Positions 49,515 through 58,854 of a DNA stretch of 64,000 nt are shown piece after piece. Source of the DNA: Bacteroidaceae bacterium. GTDB lineage: Bacteria; Bacillota_I; Bacilli_A; RFN20; CAG-826. Below the pieces are notes generated by a model that saw only the letters and a list, made by a program, of their open reading frames with translations, was not told the origin of the DNA and searched no databases. The stretch is taken from positions 41,022 to 105,021 of the forward strand of contig CAVFNI010000003.1 of the NCBI GenBank assembly GCA_963624045.1, written 5' to 3'. Position 1 is the first letter of the stretch; the number at the start of each line of letters is the position of its first letter. The translations under genes were made by a program, and so were the position numbers.

Positions 49515-51395
49515 TTACAATTTCTTTTTGGATTCAGTTTCCTTGATTTTTCTTATCACCGAATCGAAATCGACGCCAAGCATCTTTGCCTGTTCGTCTT
49601 TCTTTCCATGCGGGATGAAGGCGTTAGGCAAGCAAAAAGAGACGATGTCGGGCGATAAATGGTGTTTCGACAATGAATCGCATATCGATGAAAGGAAACC
49701 TAATTCCGTCGAATAGCGATCGAAAACGTATATTCTTTCGGCGCGCTCCAATCTCTCCAATAAAGATGGCGTTACCTCGCTAAGCAATAAAGGGATGATG
49801 ATTTCGCCAGGAAAATCGTTTTGCAGGCGTTTAGCCAATTCGCGGCCGTCGGGTCCGACGGAAAGCAATACCGTTTTGGCGTCGTTTACTGGCTTATATC
49901 GATAAAAGCCGGCGTCGATATGCTCTTTTTCGTTTCCTTCGTCGATTTCTAAGGAACCTAAGGCATTGGGATAGCGGATGGCGTTGATGCCATGGCCTTT
50001 TTCTAACGAGAAGGCGATAAGCGAACGCGTTTCCTTAAAGGAAGAAGGCATCCACACTTTGATGCCAGGAATCGTTTTTAGGAAGGAAACGTCGTATATT
50101 CCGGCGTGCGTTTCGCCATCTTTTCCCGGTAAGCCCGCCCGGTCGATAAGCAAAGTCATATTGAGGTGCTTGCGGGCGCAATCATGAAGGAGTTCGTCGT
50201 AAGCCCGCTGCAAAAACGTCGAATACATCGAAATGATCGGATGGTAGTCGGATAAAGCGAAGGCGCTTGCCATCGTCAAGGCGTGTTCTTCGGCGATGCC
50301 GACGTCGAAACACCTAGAAGGGAAAGCTTCAAAGCAACCTTCAATTTTGCTTCCTTTCATCATCGCGGCAGCGATAAGGACCAATTTATCGTTTTCCTTC
50401 ATCGCCTCATAAAGGCTTTCGCCGACGAATTTCGGATACGTTTCGGCATTTGGCTTCAGGGCTTGGCCGCTAATGACATCGAAAGGCTCAACGGAATGAT
50501 AGGCGCCGCTATCGCGTTCGGCGAAGGAATAGCCGCGTCCTTTTTGGGTGAGGACGTGAACGATGGTCGATTTGGTCGAATTCTTGGCGCGGCCAAAGGC
50601 TTTTTCCATCGCCTTGATATTATGTCCATCCACCGGGCCGAGGTAAGAGAACCCCAGCGTTTCGAAGAGGTTGATGGGAATAAGGATGCGTTTGACTTTG
50701 TTTTTAAAGGAAGTCGACAGGCGGTAAATGGAGCGACCTAATTTAGTTTTCGTGAGGACTTTCCGATAGCCGATCTTCATCTTGTTATAGACTTTGCCGG
50801 TGGAAATGCGGCGAAAGAATTTGCTTAAGGCCCCCGAGGGAGCGGAGATGCTCATGTCGTTGTCGTTGAGGATGACGATCACCTTGTTAGAGCGGCTGCC
50901 GATGGAATTTAGGGCCTCGAAGGCAAGGCCGTTGGCGATGGAAGCATCGCCAATTACGGCGATAACATCGTATTTTTCGCCTTTTAAATCGCGAGCGATG
51001 GCAAAGCCCTCGGCTAAACTTAAGGAGGTCGAGCTATGACCGGCGTCGGCGGGATCGTATTCGCTTTCGGAAGTGTCGGCGAAGCGCGATGTAGAAAGGG
51101 CGTTACCGATGCCCTCTAAGCTCCGCCCGGTCAGGATCTTATGGGCATAAGTTTGGTGCCCGACGTCGAAAATTAGCTTATCGGAAGGCAGATTGAAGCT
51201 TCGATGGAGGGCGATCGTTAGTTCGACATCGCCGAGATTAGAGCTAAGATGTCCGCCTTCTTTGGAGGCGGCCGAAAGGATTTCCTCGCGAATCTTCTTG
51301 GCTAATTCCTCTAATTCGCTTTTGCTTAGGCTTTTTATGCACAATTCCTCTTTTTTAGAAGAAATATGTTCGTTATAAGCTGGTATTTTATCCAT
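49515..51395 (-). CDS. dxs: 1-deoxy-D-xylulose-5-phosphate synthase
   Basis: 626 aa with GGHLSSNLG, DVGHQTYAHKILTGR and the ThDP motif GDASIANGLAFEALN. Confidence 0.95.
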   Translation of the reverse strand: MDKIPAYNEHISSKKEELCIKSLSKSELEELAKKIREEILSAASKEGGHLSSNLGDVELTIALHRSFNLPSDKLIFDVGHQTYAHKILTGRSLEGIGNALSTSRFADTSESEYDPADAGHSSTSLSLAEGFAIARDLKGEKYDVIAVIGDASIANGLAFEALNSIGSRSNKVIVILNDNDMSISAPSGALSKFFRRISTGKVYNKMKIGYRKVLTKTKLGRSIYRLSTSFKNKVKRILIPINLFETLGFSYLGPVDGHNIKAMEKAFGRAKNSTKSTIVHVLTQKGRGYSFAERDSGAYHSVEPFDVISGQALKPNAETYPKFVGESLYEAMKENDKLVLIAAAMMKGSKIEGCFEAFPSRCFDVGIAEEHALTMASAFALSDYHPIISMYSTFLQRAYDELLHDCARKHLNMTLLIDRAGLPGKDGETHAGIYDVSFLKTIPGIKVWMPSSFKETRSLIAFSLEKGHGINAIRYPNALGSLEIDEGNEKEHIDAGFYRYKPVNDAKTVLLSVGPDGRELAKRLQNDFPGEIIIPLLLSEVTPSLLERLERAERIYVFDRYSTELGFLSSICDSLSKHHLSPDIVSFCLPNAFIPHGKKDEQAKMLGVDFDSVIRKIKETESKKKL

Positions 51396-51432
51396 TATAA
51401 AATATACTAAAAAACAACTACAAAACTACTGT

Positions 51433-51630
51433 TTATTTATTATCGTCCACCTTGATGATTTTAGTTTTCGCTTCATTTAACGTTTTTTGGCACTCTTTGA
51501 TGATGGCCATGCCCTCGTCGTAATATTTCAAGGATTCTTCGAGCGAGAGCGCTTCGTTTTCGACTTTTTCGACGATTTCCTCAAGGCGGCTAAGCTTCTC
51601 TTGGAAGGATTCTTTCTTTTTTTCGCTCAT
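51433..51630 (-). CDS. xseB: Exodeoxyribonuclease VII small subunit
   Basis: 65 aa with the helical-hairpin pattern FQEKLSRLEEIVEKVENEALSLEESLKYYDEG. It overlaps the xseA stop. Confidence 0.85.
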   Translation of the reverse strand: MSEKKKESFQEKLSRLEEIVEKVENEALSLEESLKYYDEGMAIIKECQKTLNEAKTKIIKVDDNK

Positions 51631-52844
51631 TTTCTTTCCTCTTTTTCGATGACTCGCCCCTTAATCTTACCACCCTTCATCAAGACGTTAAACTCTTCGC
51701 CGACCACGATCTTCGAGACATGGTCAAGCGGTTTCCCGTTTTCGTTCATTATGACGCCATATCCGCGGGCGATGATGGCGTCGGGCGAAGAGGCTTTAAG
51801 GCGCTTGGAAAGATTGTCGAGCTGATTCTCGGTGAGCGAAAAATGGGCCACCACGCCGTTTTTTAGCCTTTTCTCCATGTCGATAAGCAAACGGTTTTTT
51901 TCTTCGTATGGCGAGAGGGGGTTTTTGAAGAAAGGGCGGGAAGAAATGTTTTTTAATCGTTCGCTAGATAATAGCAGAGTCTTTTTGATTGCCGTTATGG
52001 TCCTTTTTTCGTCGTTTAGCAAAGTCTCTTTGATTTCTTCGATGTCCGGCGTCGCTTTTTCGGCCGCCCCTGTCGGGGTGCTGACGCGAAGGTCGCTAAC
52101 ATAATCGACCAAAGTGACGTCGATTTCATGCCCGACCGCGCTGATGGTGGGCTTAGGGAAAGCGGCGAATTTCCTTACCACCCCCTCGTCGTTAAAGGCG
52201 GATAAATCCTCGCTTGAGCCGCCCCCGCGGGCCAAAATCAAGGTGTCTATCGGGCTTTTTTTCGCGTCTTCTAACGCTTTTAGAAGACTATTAGGGGCTT
52301 TTTCACCTTGCACAATGGCATGAAAAACGTATATTTCCAATAACGGCCAACGCCTCGAAAGATTTCTTAGAAGATCGCTTTCGGCCGCGCTATTGGCGCC
52401 GCAGATAATCCCGACGGCCGTAGGAAAGGAAGGGATTGGCCGTTTCTTGCTTTCGTCGAAAAGGCCTTCTTTGGCCAATTTCTTTTTGAGCTCTTCCAAA
52501 GCGAGTAAGGCGCTTCCTAAGCCTTTTTTCTCTAATGAAGAGATCGATAGGCTATAACGGCCGCGTTTGGCGTAAACGGAGATCCTTCCGCGAGCGATAA
52601 CACGGTCGCCATCTTGCGGAAGGAAGGATAAAGACGAAAGGGCATCGTTCCAGATGGTGCATGAAAGGAGGCTATCATCCTCTCCCTTCAAATCGAAAAA
52701 GACGCCGGAACGGTATCTTTTCCAATTGCTGATTTCGCCATCGACGGCTAAAGAGGAGAAAAACGGAATGCCTTCTATTATGCCTTTGATGCATTCGTTT
52801 ACTTCATTGACGGTCAGGACGCGCTTTTCGTTATTCATGAACAA
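51627..52844 (-). CDS. xseA: Exodeoxyribonuclease VII large subunit
   Basis: 405 aa with an N-terminal OB fold (LTVNEVNECIKGIIE ... GEISNWKRYRSGVFFDLKG) and the catalytic region RGGGSSEDL. Confidence 0.9.
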   Translation of the reverse strand: MFMNNEKRVLTVNEVNECIKGIIEGIPFFSSLAVDGEISNWKRYRSGVFFDLKGEDDSLLSCTIWNDALSSLSFLPQDGDRVIARGRISVYAKRGRYSLSISSLEKKGLGSALLALEELKKKLAKEGLFDESKKRPIPSFPTAVGIICGANSAAESDLLRNLSRRWPLLEIYVFHAIVQGEKAPNSLLKALEDAKKSPIDTLILARGGGSSEDLSAFNDEGVVRKFAAFPKPTISAVGHEIDVTLVDYVSDLRVSTPTGAAEKATPDIEEIKETLLNDEKRTITAIKKTLLLSSERLKNISSRPFFKNPLSPYEEKNRLLIDMEKRLKNGVVAHFSLTENQLDNLSKRLKASSPDAIIARGYGVIMNENGKPLDHVSKIVVGEEFNVLMKGGKIKGRVIEKEERK

Positions 52845-53313
52845 GCACCTTGTCTAAGATGGCGTTCACGAAACGATAATCGCCTTCGCCTAGATATTTT
52901 TTGGCGAAAGAGACGGAGAAATTGATGATGACGGCTTTGTTGACTTCCTCTTCATCATAGAAAAAGTGGCAATATGCTAGGAATAAGATGGCTTGTTCGA
53001 CTTTGTTAAGGCGGGGGAATTTCCATTTGGGCATCCGCGCTTGAAAGGCGGCTTCGATATCGGCGGAATGCTTCAAGAAAGCGATGATCATCCTCTTTAT
53101 GTAGACGTCGCATTCTTCATATGGCGCTTCGGATAGGCCAGAAACGATCGCGGGAATGTCCGCTTCGAGCCCCATTTCGGCGTAAAGCAAAAGGTCATAA
53201 ATGGCAAAAAGGGCGATTTGCTCGGCCTTTCCGCGCGAGATGTTCGGGTTTTTATCGATTGTTTTTTCGTTGTCTTCCATACTTGTAACAAAAAAAGCGA
53301 CTAAGTTTAGCAC
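52831..53313 (-). CDS. nusB: Transcription antitermination factor NusB (start uncertain: 53313 GTG or 53280 ATG)
   Basis: It has the ISRGKAEQIALFAIYDLLLY helical pattern and lies in the asp23-nusB-xseA order as in Bacillus. Confidence 0.8.
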   Translation of the reverse strand: MLNLVAFFVTSMEDNEKTIDKNPNISRGKAEQIALFAIYDLLLYAEMGLEADIPAIVSGLSEAPYEECDVYIKRMIIAFLKHSADIEAAFQARMPKWKFPRLNKVEQAILFLAYCHFFYDEEEVNKAVIINFSVSFAKKYLGEGDYRFVNAILDKVLVHE

Positions 53314-53358
53314 ATCTTTCGGATAGGTGGCAGCGAAAGATGGCTTTTCATCCTAGAA

Positions 53359-53697
53359 TTAACGGAATTTGACGACGTGGACGGCAACGGATAGAGGAAC
53401 CGTTTCGACCATGATGGAGATGGCGCTGGTTATTTTTTCTTGGATGGCGAGGCATACTTCATGCACAGGGGAATCCTTCTTCAAAGAGACGTCGATTTGT
53501 AGTTCGACGCGGCCGTCCTTGCGGAAAATCGCCCTCGCTGGCTTGGTCAATTTGAAAAAGCCGGTCGGCTTCTGATTGACGTTGACGCCCTTAAGGCTTT
53601 TGGCGGCCAAGGTTGCGATATCTTCGAAAGCTTGACGGGAAATGCCCATTTTTCCTGAGCGTTTGTAGGATTTTAGATAATAATAAGATGAACTCAT
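53359..53697 (-). CDS. Asp23/Gls24-family envelope stress protein
   Basis: 112 aa with ISRQAFEDIATLAAKSLKGV, typical of the Asp23 family, in the position of Bacillus yqhY upstream of nusB. Confidence 0.8.
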   Translation of the reverse strand: MSSSYYYLKSYKRSGKMGISRQAFEDIATLAAKSLKGVNVNQKPTGFFKLTKPARAIFRKDGRVELQIDVSLKKDSPVHEVCLAIQEKITSAISIMVETVPLSVAVHVVKFR

Positions 53698-53735
53698 GGC
53701 TAGATTTTAATCCAAAGCGAGCAAAAAGGCACTCC

Positions 53736-55721
53736 CTAACGAGATAAAATGGAGGAAATCCAAGCGACCACCGCGTTTATATCGAAGCCGTAGGCCGATA
53801 GAACGTCTTTGGCTTTGCCTGAGGATCCAAAAGAGGAAACGCCTTTGACGTGCTTGGCGTAGCGGTACCATAAATCGGGGCTTCCCATCTCTAGGGCGAA
53901 GCGTTTTTCGTAAGGGACGCGGAAGAGGCTCTTTCGCTCTTCCTCACTCATCTTTTCGATCCCTTTGAATTCAGGGACGGAGACGATGTCGACTCGTTCG
54001 CCTTCTTTTTCCAATGATGAAGCGGCTTCGAAAGCCAGGGAGACCTCGCTGCCGCTAGCTAAGATGCTGATGGTCGGATTCTCGGCTTTTTTGATTAGAT
54101 AGGCGCCTTTAGCGACCCCAGCGAAAGAAGAATCGCTTAGGTTTGGCAAATCTTGTCGCGATAAAACGATGGCGATCGGGCCTTCTTTGTTTTGCAAAGC
54201 TATGCGCCAAGCGGCGAAGGTTTCGCGGGCGTCGGCCGGACGATAGACGCGTAGGCCCGGTATTAAGCGCAACGATGAAAGCTGCTCGATGGGCTCATGG
54301 GTCGGACCATCTTCCCCTACCGCCAAAGAATCGTGGGAGAGAAGGTAGATCACTGGCAATTTCTCTAGTGCGCTCATACGGATAGCGCTACGCATATAGT
54401 CGCTAAAAATCATGAAACTGCCGCAATAAGGCAATAACCCCTTGTGCAAAGCGATGCCGTTGGAGGCGGAGGCCATGATGAATTCGCGGATGCCGAAGGC
54501 GATGTTTTTGGCGCTTGGATCATCGGAAGAGAAATTTTTCTCTCCTTTGATCGCCGTTTTGACGCTCGAAGCGACGTCGGCGCTGCCGCCAAAGGTGAAA
54601 GGAACGGCTTTAACTAAGGCATTAAGGAAGCGTCCGCTGGCGTTCCTTGTCGATTCGTTTTTATCCAAAATGGCGGGATCATCGAAAGAATAGGCTGTAG
54701 TGTCGCGGCTAAGGGAATGAAGAAAGTTCTCATAAGCCTCAGGATATTCGAGACGATATTCTTCTAGGTCCTTTTGATAGGACGCATAAGCCTCTTGCCC
54801 CCTCTTTTTAAAAGAGGCGGATAAATTGCCATAAACTTCGCTAGGGACGCTGAAAAGGGCTTCGTCATAGCCATAAAAGGCCTTGGCTTTCTTCCCTTCC
54901 TCTTCCCCTAAGGGGGCGCCATGGCAAAGATGGCTTCCTTCTAGAGAGGTGCCATAACCGATTTTCGTATGGACGATGATTAAGGTCGGGAAGGAGAAGG
55001 ATTTGCGCGCTTTGGCGATGGCGGAAGCGATGGAATCGGCATCGTTGCCGTCTTTTACCTCCAAAACATTCCATTTAGAGGCCATGAAACGGAGTTTAAT
55101 GTCTTCGTCCATGCTCTCCTTCGTCGGTTCATCGAGGGTGCTTAGGTTGGCGTCGTAAATCAAAATCAGCTTATTAAGGCGCAATTTGCCTGCCAAGGAG
55201 ATGGCCTCTTGGCTGATTCCTTCCTCCAAACAACCATCGCCGCATAGGCAATAAGTGAAATGCGAACAAAGACGCTCGCCTTCGGGATAGGAGGCGGCGA
55301 TCTTCTTTTCGGCCATCGCCATGCCGACGGCTTGGGCGATGCCTTGGCCCAAAGGCCCGCTGGTGGCGTCGACGCCGGGCGTCACGCCGATTTCTGGATG
55401 GCCGGGAGTGCGGCTCCCTAATTGGCGAAAAGCCTTGAGGTCATCGATGGAAATGTTATATCCACATAAATGAAGTAAAGCATATAGCAGAGCGCTATTA
55501 TGGCCGCTAGAAAGGACAAAGCGGTCGCGGTTGAACCATTCAGGATGATCGGGGTCGGCGACTAAAAAATTCTTGTAGAGGGAAAAGATGGCGGGAGCGA
55601 TATCAAGCGCCATGCCGGGATGGCCGCTTTTGGCGGCGTTGATTTCGTCGATAAGCAAGGCGCGTAGGACGGCGATAGATAGGCAATCAAGATCTCGCTC
55701 TTTTTTGTCGATGAAATTCAT
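53736..55721 (-). CDS. tkt: Transketolase
   Basis: 661 aa with SGHPGMAL, SSGHNSALLYALLHL, GDGCLEEGIS and GEDGPTHEPIE. Confidence 0.95.
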   Translation of the reverse strand: MNFIDKKERDLDCLSIAVLRALLIDEINAAKSGHPGMALDIAPAIFSLYKNFLVADPDHPEWFNRDRFVLSSGHNSALLYALLHLCGYNISIDDLKAFRQLGSRTPGHPEIGVTPGVDATSGPLGQGIAQAVGMAMAEKKIAASYPEGERLCSHFTYCLCGDGCLEEGISQEAISLAGKLRLNKLILIYDANLSTLDEPTKESMDEDIKLRFMASKWNVLEVKDGNDADSIASAIAKARKSFSFPTLIIVHTKIGYGTSLEGSHLCHGAPLGEEEGKKAKAFYGYDEALFSVPSEVYGNLSASFKKRGQEAYASYQKDLEEYRLEYPEAYENFLHSLSRDTTAYSFDDPAILDKNESTRNASGRFLNALVKAVPFTFGGSADVASSVKTAIKGEKNFSSDDPSAKNIAFGIREFIMASASNGIALHKGLLPYCGSFMIFSDYMRSAIRMSALEKLPVIYLLSHDSLAVGEDGPTHEPIEQLSSLRLIPGLRVYRPADARETFAAWRIALQNKEGPIAIVLSRQDLPNLSDSSFAGVAKGAYLIKKAENPTISILASGSEVSLAFEAASSLEKEGERVDIVSVPEFKGIEKMSEEERKSLFRVPYEKRFALEMGSPDLWYRYAKHVKGVSSFGSSGKAKDVLSAYGFDINAVVAWISSILSR

Positions 55722-55786
55722 TTTTTATCTCCTTTGGTATTTATTTAGTAGTTAATTAGTAATAACTAAAATTTATATTGTTTCGA

Positions 55787-57526
55787 TTATTGCTCTTTTT
55801 TAATGGAAATGCCAACGGCATCGAGGTCTTTTTCTTTGACTTCCCCTGGAGCCCCCGACATCGGATCGACGGCTTGCAGATTCTTAGGAAAGGCGATGAC
55901 ATCACGGATGTTTTCGGTGCCAGAAAGTATCATCGCCAAGCGGTCCATGCCAAGGGCGAATCCGCCATGGGGCGGGCAGCCGTATTTGAAGGCATCGATG
56001 AACCAGCCGAAGCGTTTGCGGACTTCTTCATCGCTTAAGCCGATGATTTTGAAGATCTTTTGCTGGATGTCGTGATCGTAGATGCGAAGGGTCCCTCCCC
56101 CTGCTTCATAACCGTTGATGACGATGTCATAAGCGTAGGCTAAGACTTTCTCGGGCGCCGTGTCGAGAAGAGGCAAATCCTCATCGCGCGGGCGGGTGAA
56201 AGGATGGTGTTCGGCCGTATAGGTCGTTTCTTCCCCTTCGATTTTATCGAACATCGGGAAATTGACGATCCATAAAAGATCATAGCTATTTTCCGGTATC
56301 AGTTTCATTTCTTTAGCGAAGATCGTGCGGATGGCGCCTAAGCCGAAGGAAATATTCCGACGGTCATTGCTTTCCGCCACCAAAAGCAAATCGCCATCAT
56401 TTATCTTCTCTTCTTCGATTAATCGCTTTTCTAGGCTCTCATCGATGAATTTCATAAATGATCCGAGCAAACGCCCTCCTTCCATCTTGAGTGCGACGAG
56501 GCTCTTAAGCTGGAATTTCTTAGCTTCCATATTGAGGTAATCGAGGCGCTTGCGGCTTGTTTCCGCCGCTTTGCCTGGAATAAGAAGGCCTTTGACGTAT
56601 TTGCTTTCTTTATACGGAGCGAAGGAAGAAAGAGACAATTTATCCTTCAAATCACGGATTTCTAGGCCATAACGGGTATCTGGTTTATCGCTTCCGAAGC
56701 GGTCCATCGCCTCCCAATAATCCATTCTTCTCAATGGCAATTTGATTTCGTATCCGACGATTTCCTTAAAATAACGGGCCAACATACCCTCGCATAAAGT
56801 CAGGACGTCGTCTTGGCTGAAAAAGGAGGTTTCCACGTCGATTTGCGTGAATTCAGGCTGCCTATCGGCGCGAAGATCCTCGTCGCGGAAGCAACGGGCG
56901 ATTTGATAATATCTTTCCACTCCTCCGACCATCAATAATTGTTTGAAGATCTGAGGCGATTGCGGCAAGGCGTAAAAAGAGCCGTGATGTAGTCTTGAAG
57001 GGACCAAATAATCGCGCGCCCCTTCGGGGGTGGCAAGGTTCAAAATCGGGGTCTCCACTTCCAAAAAACCGTTTTCATCGAGGTAATCTCTCGTTATTTT
57101 GGCTATTTTGGCGCGCGTTTTAAGTCGCGATAAGGTAATGGGTCGGCGGATATCAAGATAACGATACTGCAATCGCGTGTCTTCTAAGGCGTCGGTATCG
57201 TCGTTAATGATGAAGGGTGGGTTCTCCGCTTTGTTGAGGACGACGAGCTTAGAGACATGAACCTCGATTTCGCCCGTCGGCAAATTGGGGTTAGGATGTT
57301 CTTTCTTTTGCACTTCGCCTTCGACATAAAGGACGTATTCGTTGCGGACATCGGGGAATTTGGCGGGATCGTCGATCGTTAGTTGAACGATGCCGGTGCT
57401 GTCCCGCAAATCGATGAATAAGAGAGAGCCAAGATGCCTTCTGGTGGCCATCCAGCCGTATAGCGCGACTTTCCTGCCGACGTCTTTGAGGCGCAAATTG
57501 CCGTTATAATCAGTTCTTTTCATCAT
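55787..57526 (-). CDS. aspS: Aspartate--tRNA ligase
   Basis: 579 aa with an N-terminal OB domain, class II motifs (FRDEDLRADRQPEFTQID, GGTLRIYD, GFALGMDRL). Confidence 0.97.
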   Translation of the reverse strand: MMKRTDYNGNLRLKDVGRKVALYGWMATRRHLGSLLFIDLRDSTGIVQLTIDDPAKFPDVRNEYVLYVEGEVQKKEHPNPNLPTGEIEVHVSKLVVLNKAENPPFIINDDTDALEDTRLQYRYLDIRRPITLSRLKTRAKIAKITRDYLDENGFLEVETPILNLATPEGARDYLVPSRLHHGSFYALPQSPQIFKQLLMVGGVERYYQIARCFRDEDLRADRQPEFTQIDVETSFFSQDDVLTLCEGMLARYFKEIVGYEIKLPLRRMDYWEAMDRFGSDKPDTRYGLEIRDLKDKLSLSSFAPYKESKYVKGLLIPGKAAETSRKRLDYLNMEAKKFQLKSLVALKMEGGRLLGSFMKFIDESLEKRLIEEEKINDGDLLLVAESNDRRNISFGLGAIRTIFAKEMKLIPENSYDLLWIVNFPMFDKIEGEETTYTAEHHPFTRPRDEDLPLLDTAPEKVLAYAYDIVINGYEAGGGTLRIYDHDIQQKIFKIIGLSDEEVRKRFGWFIDAFKYGCPPHGGFALGMDRLAMILSGTENIRDVIAFPKNLQAVDPMSGAPGEVKEKDLDAVGISIKKEQ

Positions 57527-58839
57527 TTTTCCTCCTCGTCATCGTGGTGGTTATGGCATCCTTCGCATTCATGAAAAGCCTTCTCTAATTCTTCTTCGAG
57601 GTTTTCTAAGGAGATGCTCGTTTGGGTTTTGGTGGCCAGATTCTTTAAGTTGGCCGTTTTCTTGGATAATTCCTCCTCGCCGAAGATGAGGGCGAATTTA
57701 GCTTTCCTCTTTTCGGCTTTTTTGAAGAGAGTGGAGAATTTCAAAGACCCGAAAGGAACTTCCGTCCGATATCCGTACATCCGGCATTCTTGGGCCAAAT
57801 GATCGGCGTTTTCGAGGTTTTCTTTCCCAATCGGCATCACGTAGATGTCGATGCCATCGTCGAGTTCTTCCTTTTCTCCCCCTTCTTCTTTGAGGATGGA
57901 GCAAAGGCGTTCTAAGCCCATGGCAAAACCGACGCCAGGGAGATCGGGACCGCCCAAATCGCGAAGAAGAGAGGAATAATGCCCTCCGCCAAGAAGCGCT
58001 CCGTAATCGAGGCCGCTCGGGGCTTTGGCATGAACTTCGAAGACGACCTCGCTATAATAATCGAGGCCTCTTACCAAACCTTCGTCGCGAACATAAGAAA
58101 CTCCCATGTCATTGAGGATCGAAAGGGTGTCGTAAAAGCGTTTCTCGCTTTCTGGGCTTAAATATTCGGATATTTTCGGCGCTCCTTTCGCTATTTCTTG
58201 ATCTTGTTGGACTTTGCAATCGAGTATGCGCAGGGGATTTAGGCGCAGCCTTTCCTTGCAATCATCGCACATTTCCTCGATATGCTTCGAGAAATATTCG
58301 GTCAACGCCTTGCGATACGCCTCACGCGAAGCGGCATCGCCCAGAGAATTGATGTGTAACGACACGTCTTTAAAACCTAGTAGCGATAGCGATTGCACGG
58401 CTATAAGGATCGTTTCGGCGTCTAAGCGCGCGGAATCCTCGCCAATGGCTTCGATGCCGAATTGGTTGAATTGGCGGTAACGCCCAAGCTGCGGCCTTTC
58501 ATAACGGAACAAAGGGCCGTGGTAATATAATTTAAGTGGCAGGTCTTCGTTGATGTAAAGGCGATTGGAAATCACCGAGCGGGCCACTCCCGCCGTGAAT
58601 TCGGGCCGTAAGGTGAGGGAGCGCTCCCCTTTATCGAGGAAAGTATACATTTCCTTGCGCACGACATCGCTTCCTTCGCCCGTGCCGCGGCTAAAGACTT
58701 CGGTATATTCGAAAACCGGCAAGATGATCTCCTTATAGCCGTATAATTCGGCGACGCTTAGCAAGGTGTTTTCGACGTAACGGAGGAGTTCGGCGTCGCT
58801 TCCGTATAAATCGTGGGTTCCTTTGACTGGTTGAATCAT
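57523..58839 (-). CDS. hisS: Histidine--tRNA ligase
   Basis: 438 aa with GTHDLYG, FRYERPQLGRYRQF and GGGHYSSL motifs. It overlaps the aspS start by 4 nt. Confidence 0.96.
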   Translation of the reverse strand: MIQPVKGTHDLYGSDAELLRYVENTLLSVAELYGYKEIILPVFEYTEVFSRGTGEGSDVVRKEMYTFLDKGERSLTLRPEFTAGVARSVISNRLYINEDLPLKLYYHGPLFRYERPQLGRYRQFNQFGIEAIGEDSARLDAETILIAVQSLSLLGFKDVSLHINSLGDAASREAYRKALTEYFSKHIEEMCDDCKERLRLNPLRILDCKVQQDQEIAKGAPKISEYLSPESEKRFYDTLSILNDMGVSYVRDEGLVRGLDYYSEVVFEVHAKAPSGLDYGALLGGGHYSSLLRDLGGPDLPGVGFAMGLERLCSILKEEGGEKEELDDGIDIYVMPIGKENLENADHLAQECRMYGYRTEVPFGSLKFSTLFKKAEKRKAKFALIFGEEELSKKTANLKNLATKTQTSISLENLEEELEKAFHECEGCHNHHDDEEEK

Positions 58840-58854
58840 GTTTATCTCCTTTAA

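Noticed and set aside
51396-51432. -10-like hexamers immediately before the start codons of dxs (TATATT-5 nt-ATG) and relA (TATAAT-9 nt-ATG at 61075-61089), read as further leaderless genes.
   Set aside because: The upstream gaps are short and AT-rich, so TATAAT-like strings are expected by chance. Both genes can be read through from upstream genes in the same orientation, and relA has a weak AAGG SD. This is not enough evidence to call promoters.
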